Assembly: GCA_029907285.1 (NCBI GenBank)
Contig: JARYMD010000001.1
Span: 1-44,059 of the forward strand
Length of the DNA stretch: 44,059 nucleotides
Source: Verrucomicrobiota bacterium
Lineage (GTDB): Bacteria > Verrucomicrobiota > Verrucomicrobiia > Limisphaerales > J093
Direction: 5' to 3'
The position numbers were made by a program, and so were the translations under genes. Position 1 is the first letter of the stretch. Each line of letters opens with the position of its first letter. Below are positions 7,884-17,408 of the stretch, one piece after another. The notes beneath the pieces were generated by a model, which was not told the origin of the DNA, ran no database searches, and saw nothing but the letters and a program-made list of their open reading frames with translations.

Positions 7884-10800
7884 ATGAAGCAGTTCCGAAG
7901 AGATTCTCAAAACAGCAACAGCAATGGTCGGCCGACGGCAGGTCTCCATGCGCAGGGTGCGCCTTCTTCGCGCGGCACAACCGTCACGCGGCGTTGTTTT
8001 CTTGGGACCGCAGGTATCCTTGCGGGCGGATTAGCCTCGAACCTTCCGCTGATGGCCGGGCCGTTTGTTCGCGAAGATTTCGAGCGCCTTGTGCCCGCGG
8101 ACAAGAAACTGCGGCCGGAATGGGTTGATTCACTGTTTGCGCGCGGCGCGCCAACGGTTTATCGCTGGCCGGAATCGAGGCTCATCGGCATGCCTGTCGG
8201 CGGTGTGTGCGCCGGCCAGATTTATCTCGGAGGAGACGGGCGTCTCTGGCATTGGGACATATTCAACCTCACCAGGGGAACTTCGGACAGTCATTATGCT
8301 CATCCGCCTGAACCTGAATCGCCGATTGAAAGTGGTTTTGCAGTCAGGGTGCGCGATGACAAGAACACCCAAACACGAAAACTCGATCACACCGGTTGGC
8401 AGCACGTCGAGTTTTGCGGCCAATACCCGATCGGGACCGTCAGGTACCGCGACCCGGGGGCGCCTGTGAGTGTGTGCCTCGAGGCTTATTCTCCGTTCAT
8501 TCCTCTGAACACGCAGGATTCAGCTCTGCCCGCGACCATTCTCGAGTTCACAGTGCAAAACGAGACACGGTCTCAACTGGACATCGAATTGGCTGGCTGG
8601 CTCGAGAATGGCGTTTGCCTGAGTTCTGCAACCGAAATGCCGGGGACGCGCCGGAACCAGATCGTCGATCGCGATCAGTTCCTGATGCTGGATTGTGCTG
8701 CGGAAGCATTGCCGGTCGCACAACGGGAGGAGAAACGGCCGGATATTGTCATTGATGATTTCGAGCGTTCCACGTACGCGCCATGGAAATCTTCCGGCAC
8801 TGCGTTTGGGGTTGGACCTGTTGCCGAAGATTCAATGCCGTCCTACCAGGGCAAAATCGGCGCCCATGGAAAACGGCTTGTGAACTCTCACGCTTCGGCT
8901 CCGGGGGCAACCGTGGCTGAGAAAGATTCAGCAACGGGCACGCTCATCAGCAGTACATTTGTGATCGAGCGGGATTACATCAACTTCCTTGTCGGCGGCG
9001 GCGCTCACGCCGGCAGGACATGCGTGAACCTGCGTGTTGATGGAAACATCGTTCTTTCTGCCACGGGCCGGAATGACAACCGCCTCGGCCCACGCACATG
9101 GGATGTTCGCAAATGGGCCGGCAAGACAGCCCAGATCGAAATAGTGGACAACGAATCAGGCGGCTGGGGAAACATTGGGGTTGACAACATTATTCTGAGT
9201 GACACACCGGTCGTGCCTTTCACGCCCCTGACAGAACGGGCGGATTACGGGACGATGTGCCTTGCCATTGTTCGTGCCGGTGGTGCGCACGAAGGGCAAA
9301 AGGACTTCGCGAGCTGCGTTTTGCCGGAAGGCCAGTTGCCAGACACCGCATTTGCCGAAGGCGGAACAGCGGCGTTTTCGAGGCCGTTTGGCGAGCGGTT
9401 GATCGGCTCTGTAGGCAGGCGTTTCGGGCTGGCTGGCGGTGAATCGGCAAAAGTTGTCTTTGTGCTGACATGGCATTTTCCGAACCTCAAGATTGACAGG
9501 CTCGGCGATCACAAGGGCCGTTGTTACAGGACGAGGTTTGCTCACGCCCAGGCTGTGTCTGAATACATCGTGGCACAACTGCCACGGCTTTCGGGTCAAA
9601 CAAAACTGTGGCGGGACACATGGCATGATTCAACGTTGCCGCATTGGTTTCTCGAGCGAACCATGGCTCCCACGTCGCACCTTGCCACAAACACATGCTA
9701 TTGGCTGGGGAACGGCAGGTTCTACGCCTGGGAAGGAGTTGGTTGCTGCGCGGGCACATGCGCTCATGTATGGCACTACGCGCAAGCCATGTCGCGGTTG
9801 TTCCCTGAACTCGAACGAAGTGTCCGCGAAATGGCCGATTACAGTGCGGGCTTTGATGCTGCAAGCGGCCGAATCCGATTCCGCGCCGAACACAATGATC
9901 ATTGGGCTGTTGATGGTCAGGCTGGCTGCATTTTGCGTGTCTTGCGCGAGCACCAAATGAGTGCTGACGACGCGTTTCTGCGGCGGCTTTGGCCGAAGGT
10001 CAAAAAATCCCTCGAGTTCCTCATCAGCAAAGACGACGGCAAAGACGGCATCGTGGACGGTCCGCAGCACAACACCCTTGACGCAGACTGGTACGGTGAG
10101 GTCGCCTGGTTGAGCGGCCTTTACCTTGCGGCGTTGCGCGCCGGGGAAGAAATGGCACGTGAAATGGGCGATGCAGAATTTGCAGACCAATGCCGGGCGA
10201 TCTTCGAGCGCGGCCGGAAAACCGTCGATGAGCGTTTGTTCAATGGCGAGTACTACATACAAAGGCCCGACCCGGCTCGAAAGAGGAGAGTCGGCTCGTA
10301 CGACGGTTGCGAGATCGACCAGGTTCTCGGCGATAGCTGGGCGTGGCAGGTCGGGCTCGGCCGCATCCTCGACGAAGCGCATGTCCGCAGCGCTTTAAGG
10401 TCGCTCTGGCGGTACAATTTTACGCCTGACGTCGGCCCCTACAGGAAAGCGTATCCGGCCGGGCGATGGTATGCGGTTGCGGGCGAGGGCGGATTGCTCA
10501 TGTGCACCTGGCCGCGCGGTGAAAGCCAGCGTGTGACCGAGAGCTTTGACTTCTACTTCAACGAGTGCATGACCGGGTTCGAATACCAAGTGGCATGGCA
10601 TTGCATGGCCGAGGGCATGCTTCTGGAAAGCTTGGCGATCACCCGCGCCATCCATGATCGTTACCATGCTGTGCGCCGGAATCCATGGAACGAAGTCGAA
10701 TGCGGTGACCACTACGCCCGCGCAATGGCGGCTTACGGAGTGTTCCTTGCCGCTTGCGGGTACGAGCATCACGGGCCCAAGGGGCACATCGGATTTGCGC

Positions 10801-11105
10801 CGCGGCTCCGGCCGGAGAACTTCAAGTGCGCGTTTACCGCCGCTGAAGGCTGGGGGTCGTTCACCCAGCAAATCTCAAGAGACCGCCAACGTGCCGAGAT
10901 TGACCTGAGGTACGGCAGACTCAATTTGCGCACTTTGAGCCTCGGAGTGGTTGGGGACCGCGAACCCGGCCGAGCCGAAGCAACCGTGCGTGGTTCAAGA
11001 ATCAACGCTCGGACGGAGTACTCCAAGGGCAAAGCCGTAATTCGCTTTGATCAACCGGTCGTATTGAATGCCGGTGACAAGCTCACGCTGGTCTTGGAAA
11101 TGTGA
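7884..11105 (+). CDS. Tat-exported GH116-family glycoside hydrolase (beta-glucosidase / glucosylceramidase-like) with an inserted beta-sandwich module
   Basis: The protein is 1073 aa with a twin-arginine signal, TRRCFLGTAGILAGGLA. The GH116 N-domain motif is GGVCAGQIYLGGDGRLWHWDIFN. The catalytic region shows FYAWEGVGCCAGTCAHVWHYAQAMSRLFPELE and NTLDADWYG. An extra module of about 155 aa occupies nt 8742-9206. Confidence 0.9.
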   Translation: MKQFRRDSQNSNSNGRPTAGLHAQGAPSSRGTTVTRRCFLGTAGILAGGLASNLPLMAGPFVREDFERLVPADKKLRPEWVDSLFARGAPTVYRWPESRLIGMPVGGVCAGQIYLGGDGRLWHWDIFNLTRGTSDSHYAHPPEPESPIESGFAVRVRDDKNTQTRKLDHTGWQHVEFCGQYPIGTVRYRDPGAPVSVCLEAYSPFIPLNTQDSALPATILEFTVQNETRSQLDIELAGWLENGVCLSSATEMPGTRRNQIVDRDQFLMLDCAAEALPVAQREEKRPDIVIDDFERSTYAPWKSSGTAFGVGPVAEDSMPSYQGKIGAHGKRLVNSHASAPGATVAEKDSATGTLISSTFVIERDYINFLVGGGAHAGRTCVNLRVDGNIVLSATGRNDNRLGPRTWDVRKWAGKTAQIEIVDNESGGWGNIGVDNIILSDTPVVPFTPLTERADYGTMCLAIVRAGGAHEGQKDFASCVLPEGQLPDTAFAEGGTAAFSRPFGERLIGSVGRRFGLAGGESAKVVFVLTWHFPNLKIDRLGDHKGRCYRTRFAHAQAVSEYIVAQLPRLSGQTKLWRDTWHDSTLPHWFLERTMAPTSHLATNTCYWLGNGRFYAWEGVGCCAGTCAHVWHYAQAMSRLFPELERSVREMADYSAGFDAASGRIRFRAEHNDHWAVDGQAGCILRVLREHQMSADDAFLRRLWPKVKKSLEFLISKDDGKDGIVDGPQHNTLDADWYGEVAWLSGLYLAALRAGEEMAREMGDAEFADQCRAIFERGRKTVDERLFNGEYYIQRPDPARKRRVGSYDGCEIDQVLGDSWAWQVGLGRILDEAHVRSALRSLWRYNFTPDVGPYRKAYPAGRWYAVAGEGGLLMCTWPRGESQRVTESFDFYFNECMTGFEYQVAWHCMAEGMLLESLAITRAIHDRYHAVRRNPWNEVECGDHYARAMAAYGVFLAACGYEHHGPKGHIGFAPRLRPENFKCAFTAAEGWGSFTQQISRDRQRAEIDLRYGRLNLRTLSLGVVGDREPGRAEATVRGSRINARTEYSKGKAVIRFDQPVVLNAGDKLTLVLEM

Positions 11106-11150
11106 CCGGCCCGCCACCGGCGGAAACCAACACCCAGTCGGATTTCCGGG

Positions 11151-12461
11151 TTAAGACTCGCGCGGCGGGAGTCTCTTCGGGATCGGAACCCGGTCCAGCA
11201 CAGCGTGACGAGGCAAGCCGTCTTGCATCGGAATCGGCAGTTCACCCTGGATCAAAGGCTTGGCGTATTCGACAAAATGTTCATTTGGGAGGAACCCGTC
11301 TTCGCTGATCCATTCTCGCGGGACGAGACGCTCGACATTTGCAATGTCTTTCAATTCCTGAAGCGCAGTGGTGCAGCGGTAGGGCTGGTTGCTCTCGCGT
11401 TCGAGCTTGACCATGTAACCGCTCTTGCCTTCGACGGCGACCCTGACAGCTTTTTCGCCGCAGGCGACGGCTTCCTCGATGTCAGTTGCGCTGGCGAAAT
11501 GCGCGGCAGATCGCTGGGCGTAGCCGAGTTTGACCGTGCGGGCCTTTATGTTGAGCTTCTTTGAAACGATTTGCGCGAGCCGCTCCGCCGCCCCGGAAAG
11601 AAGTCCGTGCCCGAATGGGTCGATTTGGGTCGTGTCAAGGCCGATTCTGTTGCCAGCGGCATCTTTGATTCCTTCGGCGACAACGACAATGCAGTATTTT
11701 AACGCGGAGATTGTTTCCTTGACCTTGGTGACAAACCTGTCTTCGTCGAAAGCCACCTCTGGCAACAGAATTATGTGGGGCGCACTGGCCGGATCACGCT
11801 TGGCGAGGACGGTGCCGGCGGCGATCCAACCGGTGTCTCTTCCCATCACCTCGATCAGGCAGCAAGCGCCGTCGTCTGTGGCCATGCTGCCGATGTCAGC
11901 GGCGACTTCCATCACAGTAGCGGCGTTGTATTTGATTGTGGACCCGTAGCCCGGGCAATGATCGGTGTTGGCCAGGTCGTTGTCTATTGTCTTTGGTATT
12001 CCTATGACGCGCATTTCCCAGCCGCGTTTTACGGATTCTTCATGCACTTTGAAAGCGGTGTCCTGAGAATCATTGCCGCCGATGTAAAAGAAATACCTGA
12101 TGTTGTGCGCCTCGAAGACCTTGAACAGCCGGTCCACATCGCGGGCGGCCTGCTCGGGCTTGTTTTGGAAATCGATTTTGTACCGGCAAGTGCCAAGGGC
12201 CGCCCCTGGGGTGAACTTGAGAGCTTCAATCGTCGCGCGTTTTTCCACCTCGAGATCGATGAAATCCTCGTTCAACACCCCGAGGATTCCATTCAGAGCG
12301 CCGTACACGACAGGCACCGGCTCGTCGTCAGCATCAGATTCCTGGGGGAACAGGTCCGGGTATCTTCCGGCTTCCTGTATCACACCGGCCAAGCTTCCGT
12401 TAATCACCGCCGTCGGGCCGCCCGACTGTGCTACCAGCATTCTACCTATGAGATTTGCCAT
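11151..12461 (-). CDS. pfp: Pyrophosphate-dependent 6-phosphofructokinase (PfkA superfamily)
   Basis: The N-terminus reads MLVAQSGGPTAVIN, followed by IGGNDSQDT and GIPKTIDNDL. Asp at the position of E. coli PfkA Gly104 and Lys at the position of Gly124 are the established PPi-specificity markers. Confidence 0.9.
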   Translation of the reverse strand: MANLIGRMLVAQSGGPTAVINGSLAGVIQEAGRYPDLFPQESDADDEPVPVVYGALNGILGVLNEDFIDLEVEKRATIEALKFTPGAALGTCRYKIDFQNKPEQAARDVDRLFKVFEAHNIRYFFYIGGNDSQDTAFKVHEESVKRGWEMRVIGIPKTIDNDLANTDHCPGYGSTIKYNAATVMEVAADIGSMATDDGACCLIEVMGRDTGWIAAGTVLAKRDPASAPHIILLPEVAFDEDRFVTKVKETISALKYCIVVVAEGIKDAAGNRIGLDTTQIDPFGHGLLSGAAERLAQIVSKKLNIKARTVKLGYAQRSAAHFASATDIEEAVACGEKAVRVAVEGKSGYMVKLERESNQPYRCTTALQELKDIANVERLVPREWISEDGFLPNEHFVEYAKPLIQGELPIPMQDGLPRHAVLDRVPIPKRLPPRES

Positions 12462-12769
12462 GTTTTGACTTGCTCCACACGTGCTGAATCCAGTGGCACC
12501 TGCCCCGCTGGGTCACAAGTGCAAATGCACTGAACTTCAACCTGCCAATAGATTCGTCCAATGTCAAAGATGAATTCTCGGCTGCGATGAAAATGCGGCA
12601 CATCTCAGATTTGTCGATTTTGACACCGCGGCAAATGGAACGGGCGAGGGTTGATGCGCGTCATGGCACCGAATGCTTGGCCGGTTTGAGTCGGAGTTTT
12701 GACGGATGGAATTTTGTTGTTGCAAGGAGGCCGACCGGCGCTTATGGTTAGTTCGGATTTCGTAGAACA

Positions 12770-13618
12770 ATGAATGTGGCAGCGCCGCCACCGTTCAGAC
12801 GCCCCAAATTAAAAGGGGAACAGAGGGGGTTTGCCTTGCTGGAACTTCTGGTGGTGGCGGTGATCATCGCAATTCTGCTGGCCCTGCTGCTGCCTGCCCT
12901 GTCAACCTCAAAAGCAAGAGCCGAAGGGCTTTATTGCATGAAGAACCTGAAGCAGCTTCAAATGGCATGGGCAATGTATGCTGACGATCACCAAGACCAT
13001 TTGCCCGGGGTGCTGATGGGCTCCACACCGGGATCAGGAGTCTGGGTGTCGGGGTGGCTCGACTTCAGCAGCAGCCCCGATAACACGAACACACTTTACT
13101 TGACAGACCGGCGGTTTTCACAGTTGGCGTTTTACGACGTGCCGGCAGCATGTTACCGATGCCCTGCGGACCGCAGTCTTGTTTCAATTGGCGGTTCGTT
13201 GTATCCGCGCGTCCGCAGCGTATCCATGAACTGCTGGATGAACTACATCGGCTCAATCCCCATCGGACAAGACCGGTACAAGGTTTTTCGCAGGATAACC
13301 GACATCACCGAACCGCCGCCCCAACGCGCGTGGGTGTTCATGGACGAGCGTGAAGACAGCATAAACGACGGTCTTTTCCAGACCGATCTCAAGGCGCGCG
13401 GCAAAGTGGCGCGAATTGTTGATTATCCCGCCAGCCATCACAATCGAGCCGCAGGGCTCTCATTTGCAGACGGACACGTGCAGATCAAACGTTGGCTGGA
13501 CAAACGCACCACCCCGGAACTGCGACCCAGCCAACCGATCCCCCTCGGCGTTCTTTCACCAGACAATCCTGATGTGGCATGGCTGCAGGAGCATTCGAGC
13601 AGCCCGATTGCGGAGTAA
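12770..13618 (+). CDS. Prepilin-type N-terminal cleavage/methylation domain protein (type II secretion pseudopilin-like, H-X9-DG family)
   Basis: The leader plus cleavage motif is QRG/FALLELLVVAVIIAILLALLLPAL. The C-terminal HNRAAGLSFADGH fits H-X9-DG, which is typical of PVC-group paralog families. Confidence 0.85.
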   Translation: MNVAAPPPFRRPKLKGEQRGFALLELLVVAVIIAILLALLLPALSTSKARAEGLYCMKNLKQLQMAWAMYADDHQDHLPGVLMGSTPGSGVWVSGWLDFSSSPDNTNTLYLTDRRFSQLAFYDVPAACYRCPADRSLVSIGGSLYPRVRSVSMNCWMNYIGSIPIGQDRYKVFRRITDITEPPPQRAWVFMDEREDSINDGLFQTDLKARGKVARIVDYPASHHNRAAGLSFADGHVQIKRWLDKRTTPELRPSQPIPLGVLSPDNPDVAWLQEHSSSPIAE

Positions 13619-13677
13619 CGGCAGCGTTGCCGGACCGTTGGAATCCCCGTTCTGCTGAATCTGCGTAAAACAAACTT

Positions 13678-13700
13678 GGCGAGGCTCCGTGTCAGACCGA
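13678..13700 (+). repeat. Degenerate copy of the family G repeat
   Basis: The sequence ggcgaggctccgtgtcagaccga compares with gttagcgaggctccgcctcagaccg at 31185-31209 and the reverse copy at 20951-20975. Confidence 0.4.
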
Positions 13701-13924
13701 CCATGCATGCTGTGCCATAATGCCCAATGGGCGATCGCTGCTATCTGTGCGCGGCCGCCTCGCCAAAATGCGGCCGATTTGCGGCCACTCTGTTTCTGCG
13801 CAAAAAATGCCCAGATAATGACAAATTGAGTGGAGTTGGCAACGTGCCGTGGTAACATGCTGATAGCGACGTGCGTTGGAAAGTTCTCTGAGGAAGGACG
13901 AACCTGCGGCGTCATTTATTGATT

Positions 13925-14476
13925 ATGGAAAGCAAAACTGGTGTCCGGCAGGAAACCTCGGGCTCCAAGGTTCGCGAAAGCGCAAGTGAGGACAAGCGCT
14001 TTAAGATTCTGGAAACTCAGATGAAGCGATACCAGTATCGGCAAGATTCGCTCATCGAGGTATTGCACAAGGCCCAGGACCTGTTCGGGTATTTGGATGA
14101 TGAAGTTCTGACTTTTGTGGCGCAGCGGCTCAAGTTGCCACCGAGTCGCGTTTACAGCGTGGCAACTTTCTATCACCTTTTTACGCTGAAGCCGCAGGGC
14201 CAGCACACGTGCGTGGTTTGCATGGGGACAGCGTGCTATGTGAAGGGCGCAGACAAGGTGCTTGCTGCATTGGAACACGATTTGGGAATAAAGGCTGGTG
14301 AAACCACGTCTGACGGCAAAGTTTCACTTGTGACGGCACGCTGCATTGGCGCCTGCGGGCTTGCCCCAGCGGTCGTTTACGACGGCAAGGTGGCCGCGCG
14401 GCAATCGTCTGATGATGCGTTGGGCGTGACTCGGCAATGGAGGGAACATGCTACTGGCGGATCTCATACGCATTAA
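13925..14476 (+). CDS. hoxE: Bidirectional NiFe hydrogenase diaphorase subunit HoxE (NuoE-like 2Fe-2S)
   Basis: The NuoE/HoxE pattern is present: [32 protein letters not shown] and [11 protein letters not shown], which together supply four Cys ligands. I used the ATG at 13925; the ORF track starts at a TTG at 13919. Confidence 0.9.
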   Translation: MESKTGVRQETSGSKVRESASEDKRFKILETQMKRYQYRQDSLIEVLHKAQDLFGYLDDEVLTFVAQRLKLPPSRVYSVATFYHLFTLKPQGQHTCVVCMGTACYVKGADKVLAALEHDLGIKAGETTSDGKVSLVTARCIGACGLAPAVVYDGKVAARQSSDDALGVTRQWREHATGGSHTH

Positions 14477-16115
14477 AGAGCAGGAGCTGGCGGGTCGGAA
14501 ACCGTTCGTACTGCGCGTCTGCATGGCAGCGGGCTGCGTTTCATCCAACGCCGAAGCTGTCCTTGCGGCCCTTGACAGGGCGGTCAAAGACGCCGGACTG
14601 GAGTCTCAAATCGAGGTGCGGCCGGTGGGGTGTTTGCGTTTGTGTTGCGAGGGCCCGCTTGTGGCGGCCGACCCGGACGGCAAACTGTACAAGAAGGTCA
14701 GCCCCGAAGACGCCGTGTCTGTAGTGAAAGCGTTGCAGGGCGAACCGGCGCCGGTGCGCACCGGCGATTTGCGCGAGCCGTTCTTCGAAAAGCAGTTCAG
14801 CATCGTGCTTGGCAACAGCGGCCTGATCGATCCGGAACGGATCGAGTCGTACATTGCGGCAGATGGTTACATTGCCCTGCGAAATGTTCTGCGGGACATG
14901 AGTCCGGCCGACGTGATTTCGGCGATTACCAAGAGCGGCTTGCGCGGAAGGGGCGGCGCTGGTTACCCCACCGGCTTGAAATGGTCAACAGTCGCCAAAA
15001 CAAAGAGCACGCGCAAGTTTGTGGTGTGCAACGGGGACGAGGGTGATCCGGGGGCTTTCATGGACAGGAGCGTGCTCGAGAGCGACCCGCACCGTGTGAT
15101 CGAGGGAATGATCATTGCCGGATACGCGGTTGGGGCGCAACAAGGTTTCATCTACGTGCGCGCCGAATACCCGCTGGCGATCAAACGGCTGCAAACGGCT
15201 ATAAAACAGGCAAGGCAGTTCGGGTTGCTTGGCAGCAACGTGCTCGAGTCGCCCTTCAGCTTCAACATTGACATCAGGATTGGCGCCGGCGCGTTTGTCT
15301 GCGGCGAGGAAACAGCGTTGATGGCGTCCATCGAAGGGTTGCGCGGAAATCCACGGCCGCGTCCACCGTTCCCAGCGGAGAGCGGGCTCTTTGGCGAGCC
15401 CACCTTGATAAACAACGTCGAGACTTTTGCCAACGTGCCGCCAATCATTCTGCAGGGGCCTGAATGGTACGCCAGCATCGGCACAGAGAAAAGCAAGGGG
15501 ACAAAAGTCTTTGCGCTTGCGGGGAAAATAACTCGGACCGGCCTGATTGAAGTGCCGATGGGCATCAAGCTCCGCGAGATAGTGGAAGAGATAGGCGGCG
15601 GCGCGCCGGAAGGCGCCAAGATCAAGGCTGTCCAGACCGGCGGGCCATCCGGCGGCTGCATACCCGCCAGCGAACTGGACACGCCGGTCGATTACGAGTC
15701 GCTCACAAAGCTCGGCTCGATCATGGGATCGGGCGGGATGATCGTGATGGACGACACCACGAACATGGTCGATGTGGCGCGGTTTTTCATGGATTTTTGC
15801 GTGGACGAATCGTGCGGGAAGTGCATCCCATGCCGCGCCGGCACGGTGCAAATGCACCGTTTGTTGACCAAGATCCTGAACAGGCAGGCGACGGAGAGCG
15901 ATCTGAAAACGCTTGCAGAACTGTGTGAACTGGTGCGGAGCACGAGCTTGTGCGGTTTGGGGCAAACCGCGCCCAATCCGGTCCTGAGCACGTTGCGGTT
16001 TTTCAGGTCCGAGTACATCGAGTTGTTGCAGCCCACAAAGCCATCGCCCGAATGCGCTTCAACAGCCGAGAAGAAGGGCGCTCCGGCAGACAACAAACAG
16101 GTTGATGGACGTTGA
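14448..16115 (+). CDS. hoxF: Bidirectional NiFe hydrogenase diaphorase subunit HoxF (NuoF-like; NAD/FMN binding, Fe-S)
   Basis: It has an N-terminal thioredoxin-like 2Fe-2S domain (CMAAGC...GCLRLCC). The motifs [28 protein letters not shown] and [10 protein letters not shown] follow. The start overlaps the hoxE stop by 29 nt. Confidence 0.92.
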   Translation: MLLADLIRIKEQELAGRKPFVLRVCMAAGCVSSNAEAVLAALDRAVKDAGLESQIEVRPVGCLRLCCEGPLVAADPDGKLYKKVSPEDAVSVVKALQGEPAPVRTGDLREPFFEKQFSIVLGNSGLIDPERIESYIAADGYIALRNVLRDMSPADVISAITKSGLRGRGGAGYPTGLKWSTVAKTKSTRKFVVCNGDEGDPGAFMDRSVLESDPHRVIEGMIIAGYAVGAQQGFIYVRAEYPLAIKRLQTAIKQARQFGLLGSNVLESPFSFNIDIRIGAGAFVCGEETALMASIEGLRGNPRPRPPFPAESGLFGEPTLINNVETFANVPPIILQGPEWYASIGTEKSKGTKVFALAGKITRTGLIEVPMGIKLREIVEEIGGGAPEGAKIKAVQTGGPSGGCIPASELDTPVDYESLTKLGSIMGSGGMIVMDDTTNMVDVARFFMDFCVDESCGKCIPCRAGTVQMHRLLTKILNRQATESDLKTLAELCELVRSTSLCGLGQTAPNPVLSTLRFFRSEYIELLQPTKPSPECASTAEKKGAPADNKQVDGR

Positions 16116-16118
16116 GCC

Positions 16119-16835
16119 ATGGCAGCGAAAACACTCACAATCGACGGCCAATTGGTCAGCGCTGAAGAAGGGCAGACAGTGCTGGATGCGGCGCGCGACG
16201 CGGGAATTCACATTCCGACGTTGTGTCATTTGAACGGCATCCAGGACATCGGAGCGTGCAGGCTGTGTCTTGTCGAGATCACAGGCAGCCCGAAGCTTTT
16301 GCCTGCGTGTGTCACCAAGGTGCAGGAAGGCATGGAGGTGCAAACCTCGAGTGACCGGCTCCGGCGTTATCGAAGGATGATTTTGGAGCTGTTGCTGGCC
16401 GAGCGCAACCACGTGTGTTCAGTCTGTGTGTCCAACGGCCATTGCGAACTGCAAACCCTCGCAGCCGAGCATGGCATTGATCATGTGCGGTTCGAATATT
16501 TGAGCCCGAGGCTGGAGGTTGATCTGTCGCATCGGTTGTTTGGGATGGACCACAACCGTTGCATATTGTGCACAAGATGCGTGCGGGCGTGTTGGCACGT
16601 CGAAGGCGCCGGCACCAAGAACGTCGCCGGCCGCGGCATTCAGTCGAGGATCATATCGGACCTGAACCAGCCATGGGGTCAATCCGAGACATGCACAGCC
16701 TGTGGGAAATGCGTTGCCGCGTGTCCGACCGGCGCCCTTTTCAACCGCGGTGCCACGGTTGCCGAAATGCAACGTGATCGGACCCGCCTCGAGTACATCG
16801 TGACTGCACGGGAGAAAAGTCAATGGATCGTTTGA
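16119..16835 (+). CDS. hoxU: Bidirectional NiFe hydrogenase diaphorase subunit HoxU (NuoG N-terminal-like Fe-S protein)
   Basis: A 2Fe-2S motif ([12 protein letters not shown]) is followed by [27 protein letters not shown] and [16 protein letters not shown]. Confidence 0.9.
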   Translation: MAAKTLTIDGQLVSAEEGQTVLDAARDAGIHIPTLCHLNGIQDIGACRLCLVEITGSPKLLPACVTKVQEGMEVQTSSDRLRRYRRMILELLLAERNHVCSVCVSNGHCELQTLAAEHGIDHVRFEYLSPRLEVDLSHRLFGMDHNRCILCTRCVRACWHVEGAGTKNVAGRGIQSRIISDLNQPWGQSETCTACGKCVAACPTGALFNRGATVAEMQRDRTRLEYIVTAREKSQWIV

Positions 16836-17365
16836 GACTTGCCACAGTTTGGTTTGCGGGATGTTCCGGCTGCCACATGTCGTTCCTTGACATGGACGAA
16901 TGGCTTGTGGAACTGGCGCGTTTCGCGGATGTCGTTTATTCGCCTTTCGTTGATCACAAGCAATACCCGGAGAATGTGGACGTTTGCCTTGTAGAAGGTG
17001 CGATTGCCAACACCGACAATCTCGAATTGCTGTGCCGGGTCCGCGCGCGAACGCGGACTTTGGTTGCGTTTGGCGATTGCGCGATCACAGGCAACGTATC
17101 GGCAATGCGCAATCCGCTCGGGAGCGCAAATCACGTTCTCCGGCGGGCGTATCTTGATCCCGGCAACCTGAGGCCCGCCCTGCCCGCTGAACCGGGTGTG
17201 GTCCCGCGGCTTTTGGACCGTGTCCTGCCAGTGCACCAGGTTGTGCTGGTCGAACATTTTCTCCCCGGCTGTCCGCCATCGGCGCCGCAGATCAGGCAGT
17301 TTTTGGAAAACCTGTTTGCCGGCCATGGTCAGTCAGGTGAATGTGCAAAAGTCCGGTTCGGCTGA
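16823..17365 (+). CDS. hoxY: NiFe hydrogenase small subunit HoxY
   Basis: The proximal-cluster ligands are GCSGCH, GDCAITG and GCPP. The 180-aa length is typical of group 3 small subunits. The start overlaps hoxU by 13 nt. Confidence 0.9.
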   Translation: MDRLRLATVWFAGCSGCHMSFLDMDEWLVELARFADVVYSPFVDHKQYPENVDVCLVEGAIANTDNLELLCRVRARTRTLVAFGDCAITGNVSAMRNPLGSANHVLRRAYLDPGNLRPALPAEPGVVPRLLDRVLPVHQVVLVEHFLPGCPPSAPQIRQFLENLFAGHGQSGECAKVRFG

Positions 17366-17408
17366 TTCAAATACCGATTAATCACCCTTTCCCGGCGATC
17401 ATACTCAC

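Noticed and set aside
10570-10590. GGTTCGAAT, a tRNA T-loop-like word (also at 16489-16497)
   Set aside because: Both copies lie inside well-supported coding sequence (GH116, hoxU). The surrounding sequence cannot form acceptor or anticodon stems. I found no tRNA in any intergenic region.
12493-12508. TGGCAC word suggesting a sigma54 promoter upstream of the pseudopilin gene (also at 12664)
   Set aside because: The -12 element is missing or wrongly spaced: TGGCACctgccCCGC, and TGGCACcgaaTGCT with 8 rather than 10 nt between GG and GC.
14985-15965. 326-aa minus-strand ORF, plus similar ORFs at 18219-19136, 21291-22211 and 9630-10382
   Set aside because: All are antisense to strongly supported genes (hoxF, hoxH/hoxW, FIST, GH116) and have Arg/Ala/Pro-biased junk composition.
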